DNA of 64,000 nt from contig CP158635.1 in the NCBI GenBank assembly GCA_050273025.1, positions 6,696,001 through 6,760,000 on the forward strand, in the 5' to 3' direction. Shown piece after piece: positions 36,392-49,739 of the stretch. The notes beneath the pieces are model-generated. The model had not been told where the DNA came from. It ran no database searches and worked only from the letters and a program-made list of their open reading frames with translations. The position numbers were made by a program, and so were the translations under genes. The stretch is from Cenococcum geophilum (Eukaryota). Every line of letters starts with the position of its first letter. The first letter of the stretch is position 1.

Positions 36392-39300
36392 AGGCAATAA
36401 AGGAGAGCCGTCGCAGCGCGCTGCGCGCGCTAGTGTTGCGACTCTATGGTATTAAGCCTGCGACGCGTATATCGCCCTTAACAACGCTAGGAGTCCTACT
36501 ACCCCTACTTAGGGCTCCTACCATACTATTTAGGGGGGCCATTAAGAGAAACTAGGATATAAAAACCGCCTAATATATAACTACCTAGCTCGCAGCTAGG
36601 CCCGAAACTGGCCTTATTTAGCTAGTTAATATAAACGCGCTCTAGGCGTATAATAGGACACCCTTAGGCTTACACGAGCTCTAAGATTAAGAGGATACAG
36701 TAAGGGTGTAGGGAACCTCTTTTTATAAGAACTTATTAAGGTTAACGTATTATAGATACTTTATACGAAACTTATTAAGGCCCTAAGGCCACTATAAAGA
36801 ACTTATTAAGGCCCTACCTAGAGAACTTATTAAGGCCCCTTTATAAGGGCCTATCTAGTATCTAGTATACCTAGGTGACTTAGAAGAGGGTCTTAATAGG
36901 CATAATACGCGCGACCTAGACAATAGCAATGTAATAGCAACGTAACGGCGACTAAACGGCTTAATAAGGTAGAAACATGGGCAAAGCTCTAGGTAGTAGA
37001 AACACAGGCCAGCTTTAACGGCCCTATGGCGTACGACTTAATCGACTTATAGTTAACCTATAGTTAACTTATAGGCGACTTATAGGAGGGTCTTAATAGG
37101 CGTAGTGTACGTAACCTAATGCGCATATATATAAGGCAACTTATAAGAGGGTCTTAATAGGCGTAGTGTACGTAACCTAATGTATATATATAGGGGAGGC
37201 TGCAGGGGAAATATAGGCCAGTTAGATAAGGACTTAACAGTTAGAGATATAGGCCAGCTTATAAAAAGGGGGGACATAAGCTTAGTTAGTAGGAAGGGGG
37301 AGAGTAGGTTATCTGGTATGGGACCTAGTATCTCTATAGCCCCCCTCCTATAAGATATAGTCGGCCTATTATAAGGAGACTCTTATAGGCAACGTAAAAC
37401 GGGAACTAGTAGTATATAGGGTATTGCGCCCCTATATTACTACTGGCTTCCTATAGGGCGTAATATATAGTAGCCACTACTAGCTTTAAGGACCTTACCC
37501 CTTAACTAGGCTCTGACCTTTAGTGCACCTAATAGGCAGGTAGGATTACACCCTAGCTAGAGAGACTACTATATAGCTTAAGAGAACGGATACGCGTGTT
37601 GGTATATTAATAGACGGAACTATTCACCTCTAGGGCGGCTCGCTGGTAAGATATACTTAAGAAGTAAATAGGAGTTACTTAGGCGGGAAAGGCAGTGGCT
37701 CGGCCTCGTCTATAGAAGGTATACCCAACTATATTGCAGAATATAGCTACGACGCCCCTATAGGATTACGTTAGTAGGCGCTAAGATAGGAGTTATAACC
37801 CCTAGAAACGGCAGCTTATACCTACGCCAGCAGAAACAATAAAGAAAGGTATAAAACTAGAGGCTATAGAAGGCTCCCAAGCCGTATAAAAGCGTACTAA
37901 CTCTAGGAGGAAACTCTTATATAGACTACTAGGGGGTAGACTGGTACTCGGGTAATACCGTTATAAGATATCTAAAAGAACTGGTAAAACTCCCTATAAT
38001 TAGTAGTGGCAGCTAACTGCTTATAGATTGGGACTAAAGTACTAGAAAACTAGGGTAGAGGCCTAAATAAGTAGGTATATTGAACTCTACTATATTACTA
38101 GTTAATATATAACTACCTACTTAACACCATCAACCACATTTAGCGACGTTAATCCTCCCTTTCTACGCAGCGGCGTTAACCTTTCTTTAGGCGGCGATGT
38201 TAATCTAAAACGGACCAAGAAAGAGCTAGGGGCACCCTTCTCTAGGCGGCGACGTTAATCCGGAACGAACTAAGAAAGAGCTAGGACGAACCTATATAGG
38301 CAGGCTGAAACGGACTTAGATGCAGGTGTTGGTTAAAATAGGAGGACAATAAGTTTAGTTAGTAGGCGGCTAAGGGACAGTAGCTGCGCGGTGTTAAGTT
38401 ATTATGGGCCCACGCCTGTAAGACACGATCGGCCTATTATTATAAGAGCGTTATAGGTAACGCGAAGCAGCTAACGGCTGTAGGGCGTAGTATATAATAG
38501 CAGCGACGGACGACTCTAGGAACCTTACCCCTTTACTAGGCTCTAACTCCTAGTGGACCTGTCTTAGAGGAAGGATTAATACCTTATTAACGACACTATC
38601 TATATAGCCCGAAAGGACGGATGCGCGTGTCGGTCTATTTAGGCAGGGGTAGGCTATAAGGATAGGCTTATAGAGCAAATCAGGTGCACATGGGTAGGAG
38701 CTAGCTTTGTCTACCAGCTGCTGCGTTAACTGTGGCAAGGAACTAGGCAAGCAGTTTAGGCAAACTTGCTATATATAGTAGTTCTACAATGTATATATAT
38801 TCTAAACCAGGACCAGATAGGATTCTAAATAAGGCCCTAAAAACCTATGGGCCACTTATAGCACCTTGGCTTACAGATATAGCCAGAGCATACTTTGCTA
38901 TAGGCTACTACCCATAACTTAGAAGATCTATAACGACAGTTATTCTATAAAAAGAAGGTAAAGCAGATTACTTAATCCCAGGAAGCTACCGCCCTATTGC
39001 CTTAAAAAATACCCTTAGCAAGATCTTAGAAAGGGTAATAGTGGAACGCATAGTAGACATGGCAGAGAAACACGCCCTACTACTACAAAGCTAAATAGGG
39101 GTAAGAAAGAACCGCTTAACACTATTAGCATTTACGCTACTCGCTGCCACCATTAAATCTGCATGGGCGATGCGAAAGGACTTTATAGTATCAATGCTTA
39201 GCCTAGATATTAGTAGTACCTACAACAATATACCCTATAAGCGTCTCCTGTATATCCTTAGGGCAAAGGGCTTCCTAGAATAGATTATATAATTTATCTA

Positions 39301-41127
39301 AGGGTTTATAGGCCAGAAAGAAATATTACTAGTCTTTAGCGGATACCAGAGCCCCCCTATTACAGTTATAACAGAAATACCATAAGGATCACCCCTCTTA
39401 CCTATACTCTTCCTTTTCTTTATAAGCAACCTACTTAACTCCTTTAAGAAAGGGGCGACCTAGGGAATAGGCTTTATTAACGACACAAACCTAATTATAT
39501 ACGGGCCAATAGCCGCAGAGAATTACAGAATACTAGAGAAAGCCTATAATACTTATATAGAATAGGCAAGACGTTATAGAGTTTAATTCTTACTAGAGAA
39601 ATACCAGCTAATCTATTTTATAAGAAATCGTAACTAATTTATAGATCTTTAGTATATAATTCGCATCTAAGGCTTTAGGGGTTAACTAGTTTAGGGCCTA
39701 AGGGTATTAGGAGTATAGGTAGACAGCAAGCTCCGGTAAAGCGCATATACGGCATAAGCGGCCTATAAAGGCCAAGCATAGTTTATTACTTTATTTAGGA
39801 TTGTTAATTCTATATAGGGTCTATACTTCTAAAGGTCACGCCTACTATATATAGCAGTTATCTGGCCAACCATAATATATAGATTTAGTATTTGGGCCAT
39901 TAGAGAAACTAAAAAGGGCCCCCTAAAATTACTCCTTAAACCACTTTAAAAGGTCTAAATAGCCTGCCTCTAAAGTATTATAGGCGGGTATAAGTAAACG
40001 GCCACAGTACTACTTAAGAAGGAATCCAATATTCCCCCCCTATAGTTATATATTAAAGTTATTATAATATAAAGGACGTAAAATAAACGTAACTCTAATG
40101 TTATAAAGTATATTAAGACACGCCTAAGTAAACTATAGAGGGACCCTAGGGTGCCCTATAGGAGAACAAACCAATAACCCTAAAGTAAGGAAGAAATATT
40201 AGAGAAACAGGTAAAGAAAGCAGAAGAAAAATAGTATTGCTTTAGGGCCTAGGCCTATATAAAGGAGGAAGGGAGACATATAAGAGGTTAGTAAAGACAA
40301 CAGTAAGACAGAGAAAGGAGCTAAAGTAGAACACACAAGAACGCTAAGAAACTATCTACCGTAATATAATACTAGTTAGACTAACGCTAGAGAGGTAAAT
40401 AGGAGTTAAAGGTATAGAGGCTGACTTAGGTAAGACAAACCTAAGCTATAGCATAGTTAACGCTATAGGAGGTAAATACTTAAGGGCTCCGAGAAGGCTT
40501 AATAAAGGTAGAAAATATAATAGCAACACTCTTAAGAACAGGAATAATAGGACTAAAAGATTGGCTTTACTAGGTAGGTGTCCTAGTAGGTAGCCTAAGA
40601 TATAAATATAGCTAGCTAAGACAGACACCAAAACATGTAATACTACTATACCCCCTATACACTAATTAAAAAATAATACTCTTAGCAGCTAGTATAGAGA
40701 ACTATAATACACTGCTCTTAATATAAAAAGGCCTTAAGGCGGTTACCTAGTAGCTTATTAGTTAAAATATACTAAATTAGTTCCAGGTTATAAGGGAAAT
40801 AGTAATAAAAGGCAAGGGGGCGAGCAGTAGGTGCCCCTTAGTAACTCTATAATAGTAGAGTAAAAGTTTATAATACTAGCGCGTCCATAGGCTTGTTACA
40901 GCAGCAGTAGTTCCTAAAGAGGTTAAATAGTAAGGTAGTAGAGCACTATAGGCGACTTATAGGCGCTAAGTAGGCGAGTCCCAAAAGGCAGGGAAATAGA
41001 TTACGGGGTTTTCTCATTTTTCTTAAATAGAGTTTTCTCCCCATATATAAATAAGGAGTAGTCCGCGTAGGCCCAATAGGGATCCAAATCGGACGTTAAG
41101 CAATAAATTATTATTATTATTATTATT
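36307..41127 (+). mobile_element. Tad1-like LINE (non-LTR), RIPed, no recognisable ORF1 or endonuclease
   Basis: RT motifs GSYRPIALKNTLSKILE, LSLDISSTYNN, IP*GSPLLPILF and GFINDT (ex-FVDD); C-terminal LRTGIIGL...TPKHVILL; (ATT)n tail; ~15-bp TSD TATTTATAGGGTAAG at 36293-36307 and 41127-41141. Confidence 0.92.
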
Positions 41128-43518
41128 ATTTATAGGGTAAGTAGTGTTTTAAATAATAACTTCAGCAGTAGGTTATACGGAATTTTAGTATTTCTTTAAC
41201 CCAGCTAATTAAAGGGTTGTGTCGTTTCAGCTATCTATATCTAAGTATTACCTTATAATACTTTAAGGGTGTTATAAATAGGGAAACGTATTTAAGGTAT
41301 TTGCCTATCCGCATCTTTATAAAAGCGTAGTACGTTAGTTCGCCGTATATTAAAGGCTTACTATTAAAGCCTTATAGGCCTTAGGGCTTATTAAGTTTCT
41401 TTAAATTTAAGCGTTAAGTTTTTACGTAGTTTATATTAATAAAGCCTATGCTAGTAGCTCTACTGTCTATAAGGATTTGCACTTCCTTCCATTTTTTAAG
41501 TATTTAAATTTCGCTAAGTATATTAAGGGAGTTATATTATATATTAGCGCTAAAAGAGCCTAGACACTTATACTCTTCCCCTTCTTATCCTAAGGCGTAA
41601 CTTAGCCCTAGGATAACTCGTTTTCCGAGTTAACTAAAGGTAAAATGCTTTATAGCGACTAAGTATAATTTATAGAATAAGTACAATTTATAAAATAAGT
41701 GCGACTTAAGGACTAAGAGAAGCTACAGTGGACCTTTTTAAAAGGGTAAGTTTAGTAATCCCTTTAAATATATCCCTTTTTTCCACATCTAAAATATTCT
41801 CTATTTGCGGCTTATATTCTTTATTTATTAGTTCCTAAGGGTATATAGAATTAAGTAGCATTAAGGTCTATAGGGTTATATATAGGGCTTTTAGGTCTTA
41901 AAAACGGATCGCGCTTTAGGGTATATACTAGTTTTATAAAGTTTTAAATATAAGGTGTAGTTAGCTTTAGAGAATAAATCTATTTATTATATTAAAGGTC
42001 CTTGTTAATTCGTTAATATATTATAGCAAATTTAGGTAAGTCCTTTAGTAGTTCTCTACCTACTAACTATACTTTAATTTTATCCGAAATAGCTTAACGG
42101 AGAGTAGTAACTTTAGCGGCTTTATTCTAATCCAGTTTACTAATAAGGTCTAAAAATTCCGAAAAGAAGCTGGTAAAGTCTTCCGTTATTATAGGTTTTT
42201 AAGTTTAGTAACACCTATATATTTATGGCTGGCGTTATTATATATTCATTCTAGTAGAGAGATAAAGATTTTGAAATTAATAAAGGTGCTATTACGGAAG
42301 AATAGGTCTATAGTTTGTGTAGCGTCTTTACTTAAACAAGATATTCTATAGCTAATCTTACTAGCTTTAGTAGGGTATTAGTTATAGTTTATTAAAAGTT
42401 TAAAATAGAGCTTAGTTATAAAGGGATATAGGTTATTTTAATTTCTATTAAATATTAGAGGGTTAGGGAGCTTTTTAGATTTTATAATAGGTACTAGGTT
42501 TATTATAGGTATAGGTTAAGCTACCATTACTAGTTTAGGGTTTGTATTTAACGGGTTAGGTTTATATATAGTTATTTTAATTTTGTTTATAAGTGTTGCT
42601 ATTAGGGTCTCTAACGTAAGTGCTTTAAGGTTATAGAGTTCTTCGCGGATTACTCCTATTAATTACTAGTGCTAAGTTTTTAATATTACTCGCTATTGGG
42701 CCAAAGCATCTATAAAGGACTATTGTATTATAGTTAACTGTTCCCTAACTAGGGCTATAATGCTTATAGTTAACGCGGAGGGTTTAAGTTCGTTTACTAT
42801 TTTAATAGTAGTTGTTTTAACGTAACATAATATAAGGGCGCGAAGAGACTTTAGGGAAGATTTAAAGGAACGATATAAATTCTATCTAAATCTAAGGGTA
42901 TATAGCTCTTACTAAGAATAAGACGTTACGTAAAGAAGAGAAGGGAATAATAAGAGAATTATATAATTAAATAGTTAGGGGCTTAGTGGTCGATGCGTGC
43001 GCATATACACACGCGGTCTTTAACGGACTTTAGTAAAATTCAATTAATCTAGCAGAATTTGGCAGAAGTTAATTAAGCTAGCAGAATTCGGCAGAATTCG
43101 GTTAAAGCGTTGGAATTTATCTATCGAGTGTTTCGCTAAGACATTCCTACTGTAACTGGGCTAGTCCCATTACACTACCTAAATAGTTCTCTTCTTTATA
43201 ATAAATCTTAGAATATAATTAAAGTTAATCTATTAAGTAACCTACTTTACTAGTTATATTTATATTATTAACTTAACCTATACCTATATACCTAGCCCAT
43301 TAATAAGTCTACTATAGTATTTTCTATAAGGATTTATTATATATTTACTACCACGGTTATAATAAAAGGAAGTTAAATAATATGCTACCTAAGCAAGTAA
43401 TTACAACGCTATCTATAGTAGCAACTACTTTAGGATTAGAAGGAGATACTAGTATATATAATAACGACTTAGCAGTAGTTATAATAAACTAGCTTAGGAG
43501 TATTATAGAGCAAAATAA

Positions 43519-46312
43519 CATCGGCAAAATATGGTACCCTTTAAATGGCCTTAATGGTTAGTGGTTGACGCAATTGGCGCGCAGTTAAGGGCATTTGGCA
43601 ACTTGACCGACTAGCCTATATCGTGTTTTTTTAATACACAGCCTGCGCGTAGCCTGCGCGCAACCTACTAGTAATCTACGTATTTAGCAACCATAATTAT
43701 ATTTACCTCTTTTATACTAATAATATATTTTAAATAAATAAAAGCTATTTTAAAGCTATTTATAAGGCTAGCAAAATAAATATTATTATTTTAGATAATT
43801 TAATATAATATAGTAATAGTTCTCTTCTACCTATTTACCTATTAACTTACCTACCTACCTATATCGCCTACCTATTTATATCGCCTACCTATCTATATCT
43901 ACCTATCTACATTTACCTACCTATCTATATCTACCTACCTATCTATATTTACCTACCTATTAGTATTTACTTACCTATCTACATCTATTTACCTATCTGT
44001 ATTTACCTACCTATTTATATCTACTTATCTATATCTACCTACCTATCTATATCTACCTACCTATTAATATCTACCTACCTATCTATATCTACTTACCTAT
44101 CTATATCTACTTACCTATCTATATCTACCTGCTTATCTATATTTACTTACCTATCTACATCTACCTACCTATCTACATCTACCTACCCGTTAGTATCTAC
44201 CTGTTTATGCCTACCTATCTATACTACCTTAATTCAATTAATCAATCGAATCGTTTATAGTGTTAGCTAGCTAGTCGTTATTGTCTAGCTCTGGCGACGA
44301 TTGTCTAGTTCTAGTAACGGTCGTCTAGTTCTAGTAACGGTCATCTAGTTCTAGTAACGGTCGTCTAGCTAGCAATAGTTGCCTAATTCTGGCGACAGTC
44401 ATCTAATTCTGGCGACGGTCGTCTAGTTCTAGTAACGGTCGTCTAGCTAGTGACGGTTATCTAGTTCTAGCGACAGTCGTCTAGTTCTAGCGACGGTCGT
44501 CTAGTTCTAGTAACGGTCGTCTAGCTAGCAACGGTCGTCTAGTTCTGGCGACGATCGTCTAGCTCTAGTAACAGTCGTCTAGTTCTGGTAACGGTCGTCT
44601 AGCTAGCGACGGTCGTCTAGTTCTAGCGATAATCGTCTAGCTTTAGTAACGGTCGTCTGGTTCTGGTAATAGTCGTCTAGCTAATAACGGTCGTCTAGTT
44701 CTAGCGACGGTCGTCTAGCTCTAGTAACGGTCATCTAGTTCTAGCGACGGTTATCTAGCTCTAGCAACGGTCGTCTAGTTCTAGTAACGGTCGTCTAGTT
44801 CTAGCGATGGTCGTCTAGTTCTAGTAATAGTTATCTAGTTCTAGCGACGGTCGTCTAGTTCTAGTAACGGTTATTTAGCTAGCGACAGTCGTCTAGTTTT
44901 GGCGACGGTCGTCTAGTTCTAGTAATAGTCGTCTGGCTAGCGACGGTCGTCTAGTTCTAGCAACAGTTGTCTAGTTCTAATAACGGTTATCTAGCTAGCG
45001 ATAGTTATCTAGTTCTAGTAATGGTCATCTAGCTAGTAATAGTTATCTAGTTCTAGCGACGATCGTCTAGCTCTAGTAACAGTTATCTAGTTCTAGCAAC
45101 GGTTATCTAGCTAGCGATAGTCGTCTAGTTCTAGTAACGGTTATTTAGTTCTGGTAACGGTCGTCTAGTTCTAGTAACGGTCCTCTACTAGCTACCGTTC
45201 TAGTACCTCCCTAAGTAGGGAGGATATAAAGAAGGAAGAAAGGGTAAAAAATAAGGTAGCTATATAGGGTAGAGGTACGTATAGAGGCTATTAGGAATAT
45301 AGCGGGGACCCAATACAAAGCTTTGTGTAGAGCCTCTATACACAGAGCTTCGTGCAGAGCCTCGTGCAGAGCCTCTATACGCAGAGCTTTGCGCAAAGCC
45401 TCGTGCAGAGCCTCTGTACGCAGAGCTTCGCGTAAACCCTCGCGTAGACCCTCACGCAGACCCTCGCGTAGAGCTTCGTACAGAGCTTCGCGCAGAGCCT
45501 TATGCAGAGCTTCGTGCAGAGCTTCGTGTAGAGCCTCTATACGTAGAGCTTTATATAGAGCCTCGTGTAGAGCCTTATACGAAGCTTTATACAGATCTTT
45601 ATATAGAGCCTCTATACGCAGAGCTTTGTGTAGAGCTTCGTATAGAGCCTTTATATATAGAGCTTCGTACAGAGCCTCTATACGCAGAGCTTTATATAAA
45701 GCCTCGTATAGAGCCTTATATAAAGCTTTATACAGATCTTTATATAAAGCCTCTATGCGTAGAGCTTCGTATAGAGCCTCTATACGTAGAGCTTTGTATA
45801 GAGTTTTATGCAGAGCCTCTAAGTAATAAGACTATAAGATTATATAAGATTATATAAGATTATATATAATAGTTAAATATATAGTATATAACTTTACCTT
45901 AATCGCATATTAAGAAATATACAGTTAGCTTTTAAAGTTATTAAGTAGGTTAACTGTATATTAAGTTAGTTAAATTATATATTAAGTAGGTTAACTACGT
46001 ATTAAGTTAGTTAAATTATATATTAAGTAGGTTAACTACGTGTTAAGTTAGTTAAATTGCATATTAAGTAGGTTAACTGCGTATTAAGTTAGTTAAATTA
46101 TATATTAAGTAGGTCAACTACGTATTAAGTTAGTTAAATTGCATGTTAAGTAGGTCAACTGCGTGTTAAGTTAGTTAAATTGCATGTTAAGTAGGTCAAC
46201 TGCGTATCAAGTTGGTCAATTGCGTGTTAAGTTGGTTAAATTGCATATCAATTACGCGAAACGCGAAAACTAAAGTCTACTTAAATCTCATCCTGTGAAT
46301 ATTTTCCCGATA
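43519..46312. mobile_element. Same TIR element, copy 2 (2794 bp), inverted, inserted in the Gypsy B gag
   Basis: Reverse complement of 32016-34242 with longer arrays. Termini CATCGGCAAAATAT...ATATTTTCCCGATA with AA on both flanks. Confidence 0.88.
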
Positions 46313-46610
46313 AATATAAATAATTAGGTACTGCTTTAGCAGCTATAAGATATAAAGAAGGAAAAGATTAAGATTTTATTAATTAAAAGATTCTTAGGAG
46401 AGAAGTATAAGCTAAAGGGATTTCTTATATAGATAAAATTAAAAATCTAATATAAAGAGATAAAGTTAGGTTAGGCCGTAGATTAGGTCGCGTATATAGG
46501 GTTATTCTTAATAGGTTAGACACTAGAGTGGTTTAAACCTTATTTTATAGAGATATAGGCTAATAAACTAGTAACTACTAATATAAAAGCGTAGTATATA
46601 TTCTTAAGCT

Positions 46611-48704
46611 TCCACGACACCTTTATAGGATTACGCCAATAGGCACGTAAGACGGGAGTTGCGACCCCTGGAAAAGGCAGCTTATACCTATACCGGCGGA
46701 AACAATGGAAAAGGTGTGAAACTAGAGGCTATGGAAGGCTCCTAAGCCATGCGAAAGCGTACTAACTTTGGGAGGAGACTCTTATATAGACTGCGGGGGG
46801 GTAGACTAGTACTTAGGCTAACCCATTATAAGATATCCAAAAGAACTAGTAAAACCCCCTATTAAGGTAGTGGCAGCCAACTGCTTATAGAAAGCCCCTA
46901 GGCCTTTAGGCCTAGGTTTAGGATAAATACTAAAAAACTAGGGTAGAGGCCTAGATAAGTAGGCACGTTAAACTCTACTATATAACCACCTGCCTTTTCT
47001 TTATAAGCAACCTGCTCGACTCCTTTAAGGAAGGGGCAACTTAGGGGATAGGCTTTATTAATAATATAAACCTAATTATATACGGGCTAATAGCCATAGA
47101 AAATTATAGAACACTAGAGAAAGCTTATAACACTTATATAGAATAGGCAAGATATTATAGAGTCCAATTCTTACTAGAGAAATACCAGCTAATCTATTTC
47201 ATAAGAAAACGTAACTAATCTGCAGATCTCTAGCATATAATTCGCATTTAAGGCTTTAGGGGTTAACCAGTTTAGGGCCTAAGGGTACTAAAAGTATAGG
47301 TAGACAGCAAGCTCCGGTAGAGCGCATATATAGCATAAGCGGCCCATAAAGGCTAAGTATAGTTTATCGCTTTATCTAGGATTGTTAATTCTATATAGGG
47401 TCTATGCTTCTAGAGGTTACGCCTACTATATACAGTAGTTGTCCGGCTAACTATAATATATAAATCTAGTATTTAGGCTATTAGAGAAACTAAAAAGGGC
47501 CCCCTAAAATTACTCCTTAAACCACTTTAAAAGGTCTAAATAGCCTACCTTTAGAGTATTATAGGTGGGTATAAGCAAACGGCCACAGCACTACTTAAGA
47601 AGGAATCCAATATCCCACCCCTATAGTTATATATTAAAGCCGCTGTAATATAAAAAACGTAAAATAAACGCAACTCTAATATTATAAAGTATATTAAGAC
47701 ACGCCTAAGTAAACTATAGAGGGACCCTAGGGTACCCTATAGGAGAATAAACTAACAACCCTAAAATAGGGAAGAGATATTAGAGAAATAGGTAAAGAAA
47801 GTAGAAGAAGAATAGTATTGCTTTAGGGCCCAGGCCTATATAGAGGAGAAAGGGAGACGCGTAAAAGGTTAGTAAAGATAATAGTAAGATAAAAAAAGGA
47901 GCTAAAGTAAAATATATAAGAATGCTAGGAAACCATCTACCGTAATATAATACTGGTTAGACTAATACTAGAGAGGTAAATAGGAGTTAAAGGTATAGAG
48001 GCTAACTTAAGTAAGACGAACCTAAGCTATAGTATAGTTAATGCTATAGGGGGTAAATACCTAAGGGCTCTAAGAAGGCCTAATAAAGGTAGAAAATATA
48101 ATAGTAATACCTTTAAGAACAGGAATAATAGGACTAAAAGATTAGCTTTACTAGGTGGGTGTTTTAGTAGGTAGCCTAAGATATAAATATAGCTAGCTAA
48201 AACAGATACTAAAACACGTAATACTGCTATGCCCCCTACGCACTAATTAAGAAATAATACTCTTAGTAGCTGGCATAGAGAACTATAATATACTACTCTT
48301 AATATAAAAAGGCCTTAAGGCGGTTACCTAGTGGCTTATTAGTTAAAATATGCTAAATTAGTTCCGGGTTGCAAGGGAAATAGTAACAAAAGGCAAGGGG
48401 GCGAGTAGTAGGTACCCCCTAGTAACTCTATAGTAGTAGAGTAAAAGTTTATAATACTAGCGCGTCCGTAGGCTTATTATGGCAGTAGTAGTTCTTAAGG
48501 AGGTCAAACAGTAAGGTAGTAGAGCACTATAGGCAACTTATAGGCGCTAAGTAGGCGAGTCCTAAAAGGCGGGGAGATGGATTATAGGGTTTTCTCATTT
48601 TTCTTAAATAGAGTTTTCTCCCTATATGTAAATAAGGAGTAGTCCGTGTAGGCCCAATAGGGATCTAAATCGGACGTTAAGCAATGAATTATTATTATTA
48701 TTAT
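46611..48704 (+). mobile_element. 5'-truncated, internally deleted copy of the same LINE
   Basis: Matches ~37750-38120 fused at ~46994 to ~39412-41127. (ATT)n tail; 14-bp TSD TATATTCTTAAGCT at 46597-46610 and 48705-48718. Confidence 0.92.
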
Positions 48705-49739
48705 TATATTCTTAAGCTAGGATAGATTTGCTAGTAGGCTTATATAAATATATAGAGATCTAGAATTAGTAGTAATAATAAAAGGAAAGCTTTTCTAACC
48801 TATGTAAAAGGGATTAGCAATAAACTATACAATATAGTTCTAAACATTAGCAGCTTAGACTAAATGAGATCAAAAGGCGTTAATGGCTTAGTACCGACAA
48901 GGACTAAAGACTAAAGTTTAGAATATAATAATACCTATAAAAGACCTAAGTAATATAAGGGAACTAATTAAATAAGCTATTAAGATTAATAACTAGCTAT
49001 ACTAAAGTAATAAGAAGTATAGAATATATTAAGGACCGGTGTATATAAAAAAGACATACTAATAGGCATTTAAACTATAGTATAACGCAGAGCTAATAGA
49101 CTTAAGTAGTACTAAGGAATATAGAAATAGACGACTATAGAAACCCAAAAGATAAGGATTAAGTAATTAAAGATCTAAAAAGTAGAGGCCGAACTAGGGA
49201 TCTTAGTAGTAGAAGACATTTAGGCGGACTCTATAGTAAGAAAAGTAGTATAAAAAAAGAGCTTATATAAACTGCGGAAAATAGGGTTATTTTGCCAGAG
49301 ATTATAAAGGTGGTTAGTATAACTACGTAGTAAAGGGAATAAGATTAGTAGATAGTATATATATATATATAGAGGTATATCTATGAGAGTGGGACTGCAT
49401 CAGGAAATGGAGGTTTCCTTTGCGGGCAACGCGCCCTCGCTTGCTGGCCCGCCGCTTTATCCTGGCCCGTGCTTTGACCTCTTTACATAAAAGCGTCCTC
49501 TACTCGCCGTTTTACTCTCCCTCCTCTATCTTCTCTTTCCTCCCTAACGCCGCGCACCCCCCTTATTGGATATTATCGCCCTAGCTAAGCTTCCTCACTC
49601 CGCCCCTAAGCTATTTTACTCCCCTATTGGCGTCCGCGTATATACAAACCCTACTACTTCCCTTAATTTCTGTGTCTTAGACTAATAGTAGCGTAGCGCC
49701 TCTTAGGCTCTCTAACGACTTCCTCCCTTATACTCTCTT

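Larger units (their letters stand above)
30042..43174 (-). mobile_element. Gypsy element A, full-length chromovirus-type, RIPed
   Basis: 344-bp LTRs at 30042-30385 and 42831-43174; 5-bp TSD CTACC (30037-41, 43175-79); minus-strand PPT AAAGGGGGGTAC next to the left LTR. Decayed gag, protease, RT (YLVMPFGVKNGP at ~35540), RNase H, integrase and chromodomain (LLIKWEGY at ~30905). Confidence 0.93.
29780..49355 (+). mobile_element. Gypsy element B (host of nested insertions): split 5' LTR (~29780-30041 + 43175-43364) and gag from ~43382
   Basis: TGTTAC start. Gag reads continuously once the inserts are removed (KLKGFL...VAYIGLFLIG*TLEWFKPYF...YRQGLK) up to a decayed CCHC knuckle YINCGK*GYFARDY at ~49263-49305. 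Stops at a (TA)n tract at 49356. Confidence 0.7.

Noticed and set aside
37350..37365. AAGATATAGTC match to the group I intron S element
   Set aside because: Other copies read AAGAYACGRTC, so the match is a RIP product. No P, Q or R elements were found.
45323..45826. 167-aa RASC/RRAL repeat ORF (and the 33502-33897 IYIYLP ORF)
   Set aside because: Translations of tandem arrays inside the TIR element; not preserved as ORFs in the other copy.
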